Assembly: GCF_004010195.1 (NCBI RefSeq) | Contig: NC_057750.1 | Span: forward strand, 18,861,860-18,925,859 | From: Chiloscyllium plagiosum | Lineage: Eukaryota | Direction: 5' to 3' | Length of the DNA stretch: 64,000 nt | Shown here: one piece after another, positions 38,369 to 52,059 of the stretch | Numbering within the stretch: the stretch's first letter is position 1 | Layout of the letters: every line of letters begins with the position of its first letter | Translations under genes and position numbers: made by a program | Notes under the pieces: generated by a model | Told to the model about the DNA's origin: nothing | The model's input: the letters and a program-made list of their open reading frames with translations, nothing else | Database searches by the model: none

Positions 38369-39299
38369 ATTGTTTAGAAAAACGTTTATTTACTAATTTC
38401 AGTTCATTCGTGCCTGTTTATGCTTCTCACTTGAAATTCTACAGGTGTTTAATTCTAATGGCCATTGCCTCTGTAATTTGCATTCCTGTCACACCCTCCA
38501 TGCAGTTTCCCCTGAGTTGCATAGTCGACACTCGTCTCCCTGTCTAATTTACACCTCCCACAACTGGCTATATAATAGTGAACAGTGCAAGAACAGGCTG
38601 TTTTGCCCAGCACATTTTTACCGATCATGGTACAATGATCAGAATTATACCGGGGTTCATCGTGTTAATCATGAAAATGGTTTACACAAATCTGACTGTG
38701 TTCTCTTCTGTACAGAAGGTTGAACATGAGCTCAGTTAAAGGCTTTATTTCGGAATTTTATGCGAGTATTTTTCCAACAGTTATAGGCAATTTCCCTCAG
38801 GGGAAAACCAGCGCAACGTGATTTCATTTCATGTTGAGAATTAGACCTTTCAGAAGTGATGCCAAAAATCTCATTCTCTGAAACTACTATGCTAACTGAT
38901 AGGCAGTTGGAAGTTTAGAAGCAGTGATCTCGGCTGGAGGTTGCTGATTAAAATCAAGAGAGTGATCAGTAATTATTTAATTGATTGATGGAGCAATCCT
39001 GAAGAGTTGTAGAGATGCCCATGATTCAATATTATCATTGAATCATGTTCTAGCCACTTTATTTTGGGTTCGCATGGAGGCCTGTTCTGTCCATTTTGGG
39101 AATAGAAACGTTGACTGTATATCTAACTAAAATATTTTTGGTCTTTTCGATTGCTCTAATTTTTCTGCAATTTGATCCTTTCTGTAATCTTTTGTTCTGT
39201 CTGTGTTCGGTATTGTCATGTATTTTACAGAACGTTCAAAACCAGCGTGACTCCATTTTCAAGTTCGTTATCGTTTTAAAAGATATATTTTACGTATAA

Positions 39300-40405
39300 C
39301 AGGGAGAAGAAGATTCGCCAGTTATAACAGGCATCGGATCCACGGTGACATGTCCGTTTGGATTCAGAATTGATTTACTCATAAAAGATAGAAATTAATA
39401 GTGGATAGGTTTTCTTCAGGCTGCAGGTCCGTGACTCGTGGTGTTCCGCAGGGATCCATAGTGGGGCTTCTGCTGTTTGTGGTTTATGTGAATGACTTGG
39501 ATAAAAACATGGATAGGTGGGTGAGTAAGTTTGCAAATTACGCAAAGATTTTTGGTAGTGTAAAGATTTGTCAAAGAATACAGCGTGAAATGGATTAGTT
39601 GCAGATTTGGGTGGAGAAATGGCAGATGGAGTTTAATCGGGGTAAGTGTGTGGTGTTGCACTTCAGGAGATCAAATGTGAAGGGAAATGATACAGCTGAT
39701 GACAGGGGCCTTAACAGCATTGATGTACAGAAGACATAGGGGTCCTAATCTATAACTCTCCCTGAAAGTGGCCACACAAGTAGAGTGGCAAAACAAGTAC
39801 ATGACACGCTTGCGTTTTTTTTATCGGTGAATTGAGCTTTATAAAACTTTGGTCAGGCTGCACTTTTTGTGGTCGCCACGTTACAAGAAGGATGTGGAGG
39901 CTTGGCAGAGATTGTGGAAGAGGTTTACCAGGGTCCTGCCTCGATTAGAGGGCATGACTAAAAACGAGAGATTGGACAAACTAAGGCTGTTTTCTCTGGA
40001 GCAGCGGAGGCTGAGGGATGACCTAAAAGAAGTTTATAAAATATTATAAAATAGGAGTGGACTCGATGGGCCGAATGGCCTTACTTCCACTCCTATGTCT
40101 TATGGTCTTATAGCTGCATAGATAGAGGTGACAGAATCTGTGTTCCCCAGTGTTGAAATCTCTAATAATAGAGGACATGCATTTAAGGTGAGAGGGGTAA
40201 AGTTCCAAGGCCAAGTTTTTTTCTTACACAGAGATTGGCCGGTGCCTGGAACGCACTGCCAGGGGTAGCGGTTAGGGCGTTTAAGGGTCTTCTACATAAG
40301 CACATACATAATAAAGGAATAGTGGGATATGGACCATGGGCAGGCAGAAGGGATTAGTTCGTGGGCCGAATGGCTTGTTTCAGTGCTGTACTGTTTTATG
40401 TTTTG
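39300..40405 (+). mobile_element. CR1 LINE 3' portion (paralog of 8480-9910)
   Basis: SVTRGVPQGSIVGLLLFVVYVNDLD..KFANYAKI; WSPRYKKDVEA..RFTRVLP. Confidence 0.8.
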
Positions 40406-40814
40406 TGTACCAGAGGGGGAAGGGGGTCTGGCGACGAGGGGATGGATGCAGGCAGCTGGGAGGAAGCGGAACTGCATCTGGAAGATGGGGGAACAACTCT
40501 AAAACAGGTTCATTGGAGTGTTATTAGGAGAAACTTGTCGGATTCTGGTGGTGCTGCTTGCAGGTTTCAATACTCAAAGTTAAATTGGGAGATTTTTGTT
40601 GTACTCGTACATCCATATATAATGTCGAAAGGCGAATAAGCGAAACAGGATAAAAACACCAAATCATTCATGGTGACCCCTGTTCTAAGTGAATGACTGA
40701 ATAGCATCAAGGTCCTGTATCGTCTCCTTCTCAGACCCTAACGGCTGAATAGTCTGTTCGTAAGCCTGTGAAATAGCTGCAGCGATGGCTTCAATAGAGT
40801 TGGTAATAGAGTCG

Positions 40815-41026
40815 AAAATGTGTTGCTGAAAAAGCGCTGCAGGTCAGGCAACATCCAAGGAGGAGGAGTATCGACATTTCGGGCATGAGCCCGAAGAAGC
40901 TGAAGAAGGGCTCATGCCCGAAATGTCGATACTCCTGCTCCTTGGATGTTGCCTGACCTGCTGCGCTTTTTCAGCAATACATTTTCAGCTCTGATCTCCA
41001 GCGTCTGCAGTCCTCACTTTCTCCTG
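40815..41026. mobile_element. Palindromic Penelope-derived mini-element, 13-bp TSD
   Basis: TSD GGTAATAGAGTCG at 40802-40814 and 41027-41039; CTGAAGAAGGGCTCATGCCCGAAATGTC core. Confidence 0.85.
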
Positions 41027-41512
41027 GGTAATAGAGTCGCCCACATCGCAAGTAGGAATAAAAAACATCTTGTTTCTCCTTGGAGCCCCTTCACCTTCAA
41101 TGGCTTCTTCCTGCTCCTGAACAACAAATTCAAGGGAAGTAAGAGGTCTTCTTTCTCTCCTTATCTTATCACTTCACTGAGACTTCCTCTCTATCTGTGT
41201 TCCAGTTTTACTAAGTGCTCGGCCTTGGTCTTTTCCGTCGTCTTCCAGCACCATCTGCTGTTCTTCTGTGGAATGGCACACTGCCGCCGCATAAAATCTT
41301 AACGTTAAAGGAAATAAAACTGCAAAGTTCAGACGAATCCTTGTTAATCATCTCCGCTCACCATTTGTTGTCACTGCACATTCTGTTCTTCAAAACGCAT
41401 TCACTGCGCGGAAGAGAAACCGAACGCAACACCGTCTGTTTTAACATTTACGGCTGTTTCATTCCGCCTTTGAGGTTTTTGTTGAGCTGCTCCCTCTCTC
41501 TCAGTCACTGGA

Positions 41513-42215
41513 AATACTCCAGGCGCAGTAATACACGGCCGACTGATTCGCCCATAGACTGGTGGTTTCCAGAATGAACTCAAGATCACTTGGTCGCCTG
41601 GCGGTGAACCCGTCCACCGACCCCTGTGGATCTACTACTCTGGTGGTCAAAGAGTAAAACATCAGCTGCAACCCCTTCCCTGGGGCTTGTCTGTACCAGA
41701 ACATTGTGGGGGTACTTGCTCCTTCCACATGACACTGCAGTTTCACTCCCTGCTCCGCAAACTGGGAGACGGCAGCGGGAGTCTGTCGGATAGTCTGCGA
41801 CTTCACACCTGAGGAAAAGGCAAAAGTCAGAAAATGGGACACAATGAGATCGAAAGAAGGAAGAAAGGATGAAAAGAGAAAGAAAGATATCGAGAAAGAA
41901 ATGCCAACAAAGTGCAGAAAGAAAGAAAGATGGAAAATAGAAAGGAGAAGACGGCAGCGGGAGTCTGTCGGATAGTCTGCGACTTCACACCTGAGGAAAA
42001 GGCAGGGAAAGTCAAAGGTCAGAAAATGGGACACAATGAGATCTAGAGAAGGAAGAAGGGATGAAAAGAGAAAGAAAGCTATCGAGAAAGAAATGCAAAC
42101 AAAGTGCAGAAAGAAAGATGGAAAATAGAAAGGAGAGTTCGCTGTTCAATAAGAAGTTTTATTTGGAAAGTCCTTTACGATGCAACATGATGAACAGAGC
42201 CAGCAACAGACGCAT
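41513..42215 (-). CDS. TRBV: TCR beta V gene segment (V7), paralog of V3; open frame but broken heptamer and duplicated splice acceptor (ORF/pseudogene)
   Basis: Leader 42215-42179 (MRLLLALFIMLH). V exon 41808-41513 is open to YYCAWSI. Heptamer reads TCCAGTG (41512-41506), 23 nt, ACAAAAACC. A 182-bp duplication spans the intron/exon junction. Confidence 0.88.
41767..42137. repeat. 182-bp tandem duplication spanning the V7 intron-exon boundary
   Basis: AGACGGCAGCGGGAGTCTGTCGGATAGTCTGCGACTTCACACCTGAGG at 41767 and again at 41949. Confidence 0.9.
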
Positions 42216-44039
42216 CTTCCACGACAAGGTTCCAGTATATACAAACTGGTTGATGAGACAGCATTGAAATACAATGCTCCTCTTTTTGCTCTGTGATTGA
42301 CAGTCCAGCTACGCCCAATAGATTCGTCTTCCCCATTATCAGCTCCGCCCCTTAATCTCCGATTAGAATATTGGGAGGATCGCGGCTTTTTAAAAACTCG
42401 AGTTTGGAATGTGGGCGGCGCTGGAGAAGACAACATTTATTGGCCATCCTTAATTATCCAGAGGACAGTTAAGTGTCAATCATATCCCTCTGATGCAGCG
42501 TCAACTCGTCTCGAGACGTTAGCTTGCTCTCTCTTCATAGGTGCTGCTTGATCCGCTGTGATCTCCATCATTTTTTTGTTTTTAATATAGCTCTGGGTTT
42601 GGAGACATATGTAGGCCAGACCAGCTAAAGACGCAGATTTTTTTTTTACGACCTGAAGAGAATTCGTGATAAAGGATTGATTTTTATTCCAATTTTCATT
42701 CGTTTAAAATATCACCATCGAAACCGTGTCTCTACCGTATTATCCTGGATTTTTGGATTACCAGTGACATTACGCCCAGACTACCGCATCCAGCAAACAT
42801 CGGCAGGCACATAACTAATCAGTTGAAGGGGCCAAAACTCTGGTTCATTGCAGGAATTGTGATGATAATCTGACTATACCCTTGAGGGTGCGGTGTGCAT
42901 TTCTCCATAATCCTACAGGGCAATCTCTCACACAACCCCCGGGCGGGGAGCGACTCATTCATAGTGACCTCAGCTGGTCCCTAAAACGACCTTGCTCTGC
43001 GTGGGTCGAAAATGACCGGCTCAGCCAAAGGAGCTAATACATTCAATAGTATTTCATGGATATGGGAGCAGTCCATAGAGAGGGCAATACCCTTCACATT
43101 GGAGCTTCAAAAGAATGGTATTTTCTGAGGAGATCATGTGTTCGATTTTGCGAACTCATGACCATAATTACCGAGAACCATGACGACGGCCATTTGTAAA
43201 GGTATGTGTGTGTGTGTCAATTTAGCTAATGTAAAGTGGATCATACATTTCAAGGTACGTCTCATACACGTAGACGATAATAAAGATGTTGCAAAAATTG
43301 AAGAATTCAGAAAAGTTTTACAAATATGTTGCCAAATGCAACATCTTTTTGTTGGAGGCTTTGAGCTATGGGGAGAGGTTGAATAGGCTGGGGCCGTTTT
43401 TCCTGGAGCGTTAGAGTTTGAGGGTTCACCTTATAGAGGTTCATAAAATCATGAAGGGGCATGGAAAGGGTAAATAGGAAAGTTCTCATCTCTGGGGTGG
43501 GCGAATCCAGAATTTGGGGACATGGGTTTTGGGTGAATTTTTAAAGAGTCCTAAGGGGCAACGTTTTCAGCAGAGGGCGTGCGTTTATGGAATAAGATCC
43601 CAGAGGCTGATACAATTGCAACATTTAAAAGACATCCGGATGGGTGTATGAATAGGAAGGGTTTACAAGAATATGGGGAGAAAGTGAGGTCTGCAGATGC
43701 TGGAGATCAGAGCTGGAAATGTGTTGCTGGAAAAGTGCAGCAGGTCAGGCAGCATCCAGGGAACAGGAGAATCGACGTTTCGGGCATAAGCCCTTCTTCA
43801 GGAATGAGGAAAGTTTGTCCAGCAAGCTAAGATAAAAGGTAGGGAGGAGGGACTTGGGGGAGGGGCATCGGAAATGTGATAGGTGGAAAGAGGTCAAGGT
43901 GAGGGTGATAGGTCAGACTGGGGCGGGGGCGGAGAGGTCGGGAAGAAGATTGCAGGTTAGGAAGGCGGTGCTGAATTCGATGGATTTGACGGAGACAAGG
44001 GGGGGGGAGGGGAAATGAGGAAACTGGTGAAACCCGAGT

Positions 44040-44424
44040 NNNNNNNNNNNNNNNNNNNNNNNNNNNNNNNNNNNNNNNNNNNNNNNNNNNNNNNNNNNNN
44101 NNNNNNNNNNNNNNNNNNNNNNNNNNNNNNNNNNNNNNNNNNNNNNNNNNNNNNNNNNNNNNNNNNNNNNNNNNNNNNNNNNNNNNNNNNNNNNNNNNNN
44201 NNNNNNNNNNNNNNNNNNNNNNNNNNNNNNNNNNNNNNNNNNNNNNNNNNNNNNNNNNNNNNNNNNNNNNNNNNNNNNNNNNNNNNNNNNNNNNNNNNNN
44301 NNNNNNNNNNNNNNNNNNNNNNNNNNNNNNNNNNNNNNNNNNNNNNNNNNNNNNNNNNNNNNNNNNNNNNNNNNNNNNNNNNNNNNNNNNNNNNNNNNNN
44401 NNNNNNNNNNNNNNNNNNNNNNNN
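44040..44424. other. Assembly gap (385 N)
   Basis: N run. Confidence 1.
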
Positions 44425-44566
44425 TCCCGACCTCTCCGCCCCCACCCCCGTCTGACCTATCACCCTCACCTTGACCTCTTTCCACCTATCACATTTCCGA
44501 CGCCCCTCCCCCAAGTCCCTCCTCCCTACCTTTTATCTTAGCCTGCTGGACAAACTTTCCTCATTC

Positions 44567-44594
44567 CTGAAGAAGGGCTTATGCCCGAAACGTC
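44567..44594 (+). ncRNA. Minimal hammerhead-ribozyme-like motif (Penelope-associated)
   Basis: CTGAAGA-A-GGGC(TTAT)GCCC-GAAA-CGTC gives a CUGANGA core, stem II, GAAA, palindromic ACGT and a GUC site. An inverted copy lies at ~43774-43801. Confidence 0.6.
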
Positions 44595-45072
44595 GATTCT
44601 CCTGTTCCCTGGATGCTGCCTGACCTGCTGCGCTTTTCTTACAAGAATATGGGCCAAGCACTGGCAAATGAAACTAGATTAATTTACGATATCTGGTCGG
44701 CTTGGATAAATTGGAGCAAATGGGCTGCTTTATTCCTGTGATTTGTTCACAATGCAAAGTATAAGTTGCAACCTTTGACAACGCTTCTAGAGGATAAACA
44801 GATTGTTGACACATACCTTGATTGTTCTCACTAAAGCACGTTGAAGAAAACATTCCATTTCCCATCCCAAGTGAAGGGTATTCCTCACTGGGTATTTATT
44901 TAATCTTTGTGTTCCATTTTCCACCTGGGTTTGGAAAGACAGTTACTGCTCTAGCAATAGTGAAATTATATGTCATATTAAACAGGAATATTAGGAAAAT
45001 TCCTTCTTTAGAGACTCCAGTTCCGAAAACATTCCATGAACCAGTCAGTGACTAGAGGGTTCTGATGTGTTG

Positions 45073-45650
45073 TGTTATAGACTTGGCCAGACCCTCTCAA
45101 AATATTTTAAGAAGGTAATCTAGACGCCAACATTTTCTAATTTTAAAGGCAGATGTGAAGTGGATAGTCCAGGTATTATACAACTGGTCAAATTAGGCGA
45201 CTTTAAGCAAAGCAGAAATTAACTAAACACTACACTTGAAACACAAGCAAAAGAAAGCAGAATTTAGCATAACTTCACAATATCCAACTCAAAACAGCAA
45301 CATATTAACTGTTCCAATATAGCAACATGCCATAAATGCATCCCTTGGCAAAAAGGTAAATTCAAACACAGATTCTTACAGGCAGGAAGGAACGACATCC
45401 AGAGATTTTAGAGAAAGTCAGTCAGAAATCATTTACTGAAGCTTGCAACCCTTCTGGTGCTTAAAACATCTTGTGATTGCTACAATTAAAATAAAACAAA
45501 ATATTCTGAACTGAGAGAACTGGCCACTCCTTTTCCATTGCTAAACTGTTTTAGCTTTCTAACACTCCTGTCTCTTCATCCCCAGCTTTTGAAACCTCTC
45601 TTAAAAAAAACCAGGACAGAATAATATTTTTAAAGAAACAGCATCGTCAC
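45073..45650 (-). mobile_element. ~580-bp solo-LTR-like element (TG...CA); related copies at ~18330-18920, 27530-28116, 51040-51560, 58368-58951, 62381-62997, 63180-63770
   Basis: Shared ends ...TTTTGAGGGGG..CT..TCCATAACA, internal TACTGAATTTGCCTTTG, TG/CA termini; TSDs not clear. Confidence 0.55.
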
Positions 45651-45699
45651 AGGATCGTCAAAAATCCATATTTCCAACCTAAATCAGAGAGAAGATTGA

Positions 45700-48500
45700 C
45701 CACTTTACTTTCTAGATGTTTCATATGTTGAAGTTATGAAAAAAGTCTGTGAAATCAAAGGAGGTCTATGAAGTAGACACGCCACGGACGCGTAAATGGG
45801 AGAAATCAACAATTCTAGAAATAAATTCTAAAGTGCGTTATTGAATGGGCATACCACTGAACGTAAACTGGTCAGTAAACAGTGTCTCAGTGTTACCAGG
45901 CAAGTTTACGTGCTTATAAAAAAAGGCATTGCAACGTTCCTCAATTAAAATACGGGTACATGGAGGAAATTATTTCAAACTAATGAGTCATACATGATCG
46001 ACGTTCATATTCAAAAGGAACGACAGACTCCGTTTCACATCCAAAATCAGAAATGTTCCCTTATAATGAATGAATTCATGCTAAAAGATGACGTTAGCTG
46101 ACCAGAACGGCTGCATACAACAGGTGCAGATTCAAGGGCTTGATTATGGAAGAGAATTCCAAAGATGTTTGATAGGTTTTGAAAATTTGAAGCTAGAATA
46201 TCACATTACCTCAGAGAGAATGTAAAACCAATTCACTTTCCCACTTCAAAGATCGCATCCACTTCTGTGCACTCTTTAAAAAATATCATCTGCTCAGACA
46301 AGGTACAATCTCACTGGTTACAGTTTCAAGGGGATGGCATAAAGTAATGGTTACAGTTCCCAAATCTAATGGGACTATAATAATCTGAACCTAATACAAT
46401 GAAATTTTCCAAAATCTGATAGTCCACTGCTTTACCTAATTAATTAAACACATATTTTAAATTACCAGATTTCAGGGGGTGAAAGTCTACCAAGATAACG
46501 CTATTCACCAAAATGGATACAGCAGTTGTTTTCAGCTTAACCCCTATACAAACATTTCAGAAATCTGATTATCTTTGTCTCCCCATTTAAGGTGATATCA
46601 ATTGAAGAGGTCACACGTTTTTAAAATAGTGTATGCTCTTGAAAGCATGCCGATAAAAAGCCAGGAATGCATTAATACCGTAATGTGCCCCATGTATGAC
46701 ATGGCACCACCTTGGAAGAACATGACTGAAGGGTTAACGCAGTCAGAGGAGTGCTTCACAATGCAATTCCAGTGTTGAATAAGAAGTACGGTTTTGCATG
46801 GACTTTAAGCTCCAGGTATACCAGCCAAACCCTGAACGCCACGAAAATAAATATTTTCTATCCCCATCAAATTACTAAAATTCAAAGATTCCCTTGAATA
46901 TAAACCAGGTGGAAGTGTTGTTGCCAAATGTAGCATTAGTAAATGCATCTTTGTGACAGGGAGCACACCAGGGTTAACAGTGAACAGAGTGATTAAATCG
47001 AGCAATTCATGATCAGAAATCCTTGCAAATCCTAATCCACAGCTTGATCCATCATAGCAACCAATGCATCTTCAGCAAGGTTAGGGGCAGTACTGTTACA
47101 GGTATAGGAAGATGAAAAACAGAAGCTTTCTGGATCATTCTTTGAGATGGACCAACAATATGCAAAGATTGAAGTGGAGATTTTAGCATGGGCAAGTAAT
47201 TAAAAACTCGGACTATGTAATAAGGCTGCAGTTTAAGATTAAAGCCAGCTATAAACCATTGGTCACTCTGCTGAAGACAAAATAGTGACAGTTAAGACGC
47301 CACCCCAGAATTCAAGAGATCGGATTAAGGCTGATGAATTATAGCTTAGCCATTGAATCTGTGCAGGTGAAGTACTAGATTCTATTCAGGACAACAGTAA
47401 TTTGCAGAGTGAAATCAGTTTTCGCCCTCACTTAGGAGGAAGAAGTCTAAATTTCAGAAGTCAAAAAGGATTTGCCACTTACAGAAAGAAAACTAGATAT
47501 TTCAGGGACCGCAAAATATGATGTGGAACGTAACTTGTTAAATATGTAAAATGTGTCTTAAATAGTTGATGGAGCTGTTCAGGCAAATAATCAATATTCT
47601 GCCAGTACTTGGAGCAATGTCAACACCACACTCTCATTCAATGACTTTCCAATCTCCGAAGGGTAATTTGTAATATTTGGAACAACAATACCTGAAATTC
47701 TTCAGATAATTCATCTGGATCATTTAGTCATTACAAAGTGCCATTCAAGTGTGCAACTGTCAGTATGGTGGCCAGAGGCTTCTTGAGATGCAACGAAATA
47801 TTTGTTTTTAAGACGTGAACAGGACTAGGACCCAAACAGCAGCATTTTGGAGACTAATTATAGCTAGATACCATGCAGATGAATAAAAGCAAAGATCATA
47901 TAGAGTGGAAGTTTGCACGCGCAAAATACTCACGAGGTTGTGATTCAGTTGAATGTTTCAACCATAATGCTGGTGATTTTTGCTTGTACGTCGTTGTGAT
48001 ATAATAAGTATGACACAGACAGAAGAAACAACTGAATTTGTCATGATTACTAAATATTCAGAAGGCGCTGAATACGTCCAATGTGGAAACGGGTCTGTCA
48101 GTCTTTTGGACTATAACCCGGTATCATTTCATTTTTGACCTTGTCCACGAAGGTCCAATTCCGGCATCTCCACATGATGAATAATATTTAGGGTGGGAGT
48201 TGGATTAATGAATTTAAGTTAATAGTTAGCTGTAACCTCATTAGATAGGTGACTCTATGAGGTTTATGATTTCTGTGTTCTTGCTGTGCAACATGCTCGA
48301 AGGACACCCTCGGCTGTACAATTGCTAAAAGAGAACGCAATCTCTTTGTTTTGTTTCTTTCCACATTTATTGTTCTAACGTGTTTTATGTTGACCCTAAT
48401 TCGCCAACTGTGCAAAATGGACATGGTCTATGAACGAGCTCAACCCGTGGAAATCATGTTGGACCCCATCAATGTACGACTGTGTAAGCTCCTTGTTAAA
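45700..48500 (+). mobile_element. Highly degenerate Ty3/gypsy-type pol relic
   Basis: RNase H YAKIEVEILAWA (~47160), integrase zinc-finger H..HLVITKC (~47710-47740) and SVWWP (~47760); no long ORF. Confidence 0.6.
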
Positions 48501-49686
48501 TTTTGCTGATACCTCTTCCTGAACCCCACGCCAACATATTCAATGCACCGTTCCGTCTTCTCCAACGCACGTTCTAATTACAGGGTCATTACAGTGTAAA
48601 AGGAAAACATTCAGCTCATCAAATGTGCACGGCTTTTCGAGCATTCGAACTTGGTTACAAGTCTTCTGCTGTTTCTTGGTATCCTGCGCATTATTTTTCT
48701 TTAAATACATGCCCAACTCCCTCTTGTGTACCTCAGTAAAACTTGTCTCCACAACAGTTCCGAGTACTGCCTTCTATATTCCAATTACTCAATATGTTGA
48801 AACGTATTTCCTTCGGCTCCGGTTTGTTTCTTTTGCTAAACAGCTCTAAACCGTACCCCCTGTTTCTCGATCTTTTTTGAAGTAGAATTTCTTTCTCCAT
48901 ATCTACTCTATGAACATCTGTCCGCTTTCAAATCTTCTGTCAAATCCTCGTTTGCCTTCTCCTCACCAAGGAGACCAATTTTAATATTTTCGATCTATCC
49001 TCAGAATGAAATGTTACATCCCCGGAACCATTCTTATAAACCTTTTCTGCACTCTCTCGATTGCATTCACTGCTTCAAGCCCAGACCTGTTCGCAGTGCT
49101 GCAGCTGAGCTCTAACCATTGCCTTAAATAAACCCATAAAAGTCTCCCTGCTCTTACACTTTACCTCCCTACTTATGAAGGTTAGAATATTGTATGTTTT
49201 AATAACGGATTTCTCCATCATCTTCAATCATTTACACACATATACCCGCAGGTCACCCTGATCCTGCACATCCTGTAGAATTTTGCTTAACATTATACTC
49301 GCCATGTTTCTCCTGAATTTCCCTTTGGGATTATCTGTGACTCATAATCATTCTATCCTGGCCTTCCAGATCAGAAACATTTTCTGACATGAATCCTTTC
49401 ATAAGTATAAAGAACTTTATTAGATAAGTTCTGAATGTTGTGGTTTCAATAGAATTGGAAGGATTACGTTGAGTCTTTGTTGTAATTTCTGAGTTCTGGG
49501 AACCTCCCTGTGTAGTTGCCTTTTCACGCTTCCCAGTATTCCTCAATCTAGCTTTCACTAAATATTTCTCTCGACTTTCAAGCAAATACAGTAGGTCAAG
49601 GAAAAGCACAGTTTGGGCGAAGGCAGCTGTTTCCTGCCACGTTTGGGGTTTTTTGTTGAAGTGCCCCCTCTGTCTTAATCGCTCTG

Positions 49687-50141
49687 AACTATCTAGGCGC
49701 AGTTGCACAGACTTAAGTGATTCAATCCAAGCTGGAAGTCTGCAGGTAGAACTCAGAGTCACATGATCTGTCGGCAGTAAAACCGACCACCGGCTGGTTG
49801 TGAATTGCAGACTGTGCAGTAAGGGGGTGAAACATCAGCTGCATCTCCTTCCTCACTTGTTGCCTGTACCAGTAAATGTAAAGATCGCTGGTGCCCAGCA
49901 CTGCAGTTCTACTCTCTGCGGAGGATTCCTGGAGACAGCTGCGGAAGTCTGTCGAATAGTCTGCGAGTCGGCGTCAGAAATAAAGAAAAGCAGTAAATTG
50001 GAACATCGAGGTCAATGTCGAAAAGTCGAAAAGGATGTGGGACGAAAAGCAAGGGAGAAAGTCAAGCTAAATAACAGAAAACTTGGTTTGCAAACCTTCA
50101 TAACGGCGGAAAATTATCATAATGCCCAGTGACGGGTACAT
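49687..50141 (-). pseudogene. TRBV: TCR beta V pseudogene (V8)
   Basis: Leader 50141-50105 (MYPSLGIMIIFR); acceptor AG>TG. Reads DSQTIRQTSAAVSRNPPQRVELQC, then frameshifted YWYRQQVRKEMQLMFH...GFTADRSCDSEFYLQTSSL, then stops. RSS CAGAGCG-23-ACAAAAAAC (49686-49648). Confidence 0.85.
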
Positions 50142-52059
50142 CTTATGTCTGCAATTTCCTCTTAATGAAACAATGAGTCGAGATCAAGAGTTTAGGATCT
50201 TGTAATATGACACCCACTTTCTGAGGAATCATCTTGACGATCAGGAAGAAGTGAAAAAAGGTTTGTACCCATCCTCTACTTCGTTCTATCCAATCAAAAT
50301 AAATACACTTGTTTCTTTGAAATTCCTGCTCAGTCGGTGTTAAAGAAAATGCAAGCAATCACGTCTGGATTAGTCACAAGTGCATTGACAATTTGATATA
50401 CAATGGGAGAAAGTAAAGTCTGCAGATGCTGGAGATCAGAGTCAAGACTGTGGTGCTGGAAAAGTATAGCAGGTTAGACAGCATCCCAGGAGGAGGTGAA
50501 TCAACGTTTCAGGCATGAGCCCTTTATCAGGAATTGTATGTCAGCGATAACAAGTAGACATGCAATGACTACTTCTTATCCAGGATATCAGTTTGGACGA
50601 AATACAGGTTTCCCTGTATTTCCGAATTTAATTTTCAAAAATACACACTATTCCTGATGCCACCTCATCTTGAGATTGGCACATTTCAATAGTTATACTG
50701 TCAGTAATGTGTCTGAGACAATTGCACATACTGTTCATAACACCTTTCAGCTTTTGGGAAAAAAAGGCTAAACATGCAAACTGTTTAGAATGGAGCTTAT
50801 CATTGCAGCCATTCAATTTGCAACTTATACGCATAGCATAAAGAGAGAACAATGTTGCCAATGCATTGTTGCGACTGAGATGAAGGAAGGTAGATGCATT
50901 TGGAGGCAAGAAAAATTGACTGAAATGGGCTGTAGTACTGGATATTTGCATGCTTAGAGTCATTTTAATGTATTGTAGCTTACTAATAGCATAAAGCGAA
51001 GTGTTATGAAAAACAATGCCATCTTTATCTATTGATGATCTATGGTGATACCATGGCTGTAACAGATATATTTTGTCTTGCTTTTTTAATGAAAAGGCCT
51101 TTGGCCTTTTGTTTAAAGTTGGCTCAACAGAAGCAATCTGGGTGGGCAGGATCACAGAACCAGGGCATTTAGATTTAACTTAAAACACTTGCGGGGATTT
51201 TAACTGTGGAAGCTCTTATTCCCCTCTGGGGTTCTCTTCCTGCTGCTAGAATGACACAGGAGACAATCTATTTTACTGAATTTGCCTTTGTCACGCGTGT
51301 GTAGAAGGGAGTTCATCAGTAATACTTAATGTACGTTGATTTGTTAAGCGTTTCGATGAAGGTACAGTTAAGCCAATTCTTTACTTTTTAAAAATGTTGT
51401 CTGCACTTTAACTGTCAAAATATAGGGTGTTTTTCTTACAGTGGATTAGCTTGCCCAATTAAATTGCGTCGGGAAAGCAACGCTTATCTTTCAAATAAGG
51501 AAAGGTTATTGTCTAGACTAGCTTTTTAATACATTTTGAGGGGGTTTTATTAGGTTCATAGCCAGGGAATTTCATGGAAATCTACAAAATAACAACAGAT
51601 TTTGGCACGGCTAAATGCAGGAAGTACGTTTCCGATGACTATGAGTCCAGAACCAGGGGTCACAGTTAATGATGCAGGGTCGGCCTCTTACGAATGAGAA
51701 CGAATGGAAATTTCTTCACCCAGAACACAATGAACTGATGGCATCATCTGAAACAGATCCACGTTGAGACCAAAAATAAATGCATGTTTTCATGAAGGAG
51801 TTAGATACAGCAAAATGTTCGTCAACGTGGTTCAGTTCTTTTCGATAGCCGTACTCCCTCCGCTCTGGTGTCATTGCTGTGACTTTTTTTTTGAAGTCTC
51901 CGGCTGTGCATTTGTGTTGTCTCTCTAAATGGGGAGGGCTGAGAGATGGCGCTTAGGGCTGTCCTCAACAGGGCGAAAGTATCAGCGATGTCGTTGACAG
52001 CTGCTTCCTGCTGTCTTTGGGGGTTTTATTGAGCTGCTCCATCTCTCTGAGTCACTGTG

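Larger units (their letters stand above)
43678..44638. mobile_element. Young Penelope-like element with inverted terminal arms (middle in assembly gap), 15-bp TSD
   Basis: TSD TTACAAGAATATGGG at 43663-43677 and 44639-44653; near-perfect inverted arms flanking the N gap. Confidence 0.85.
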
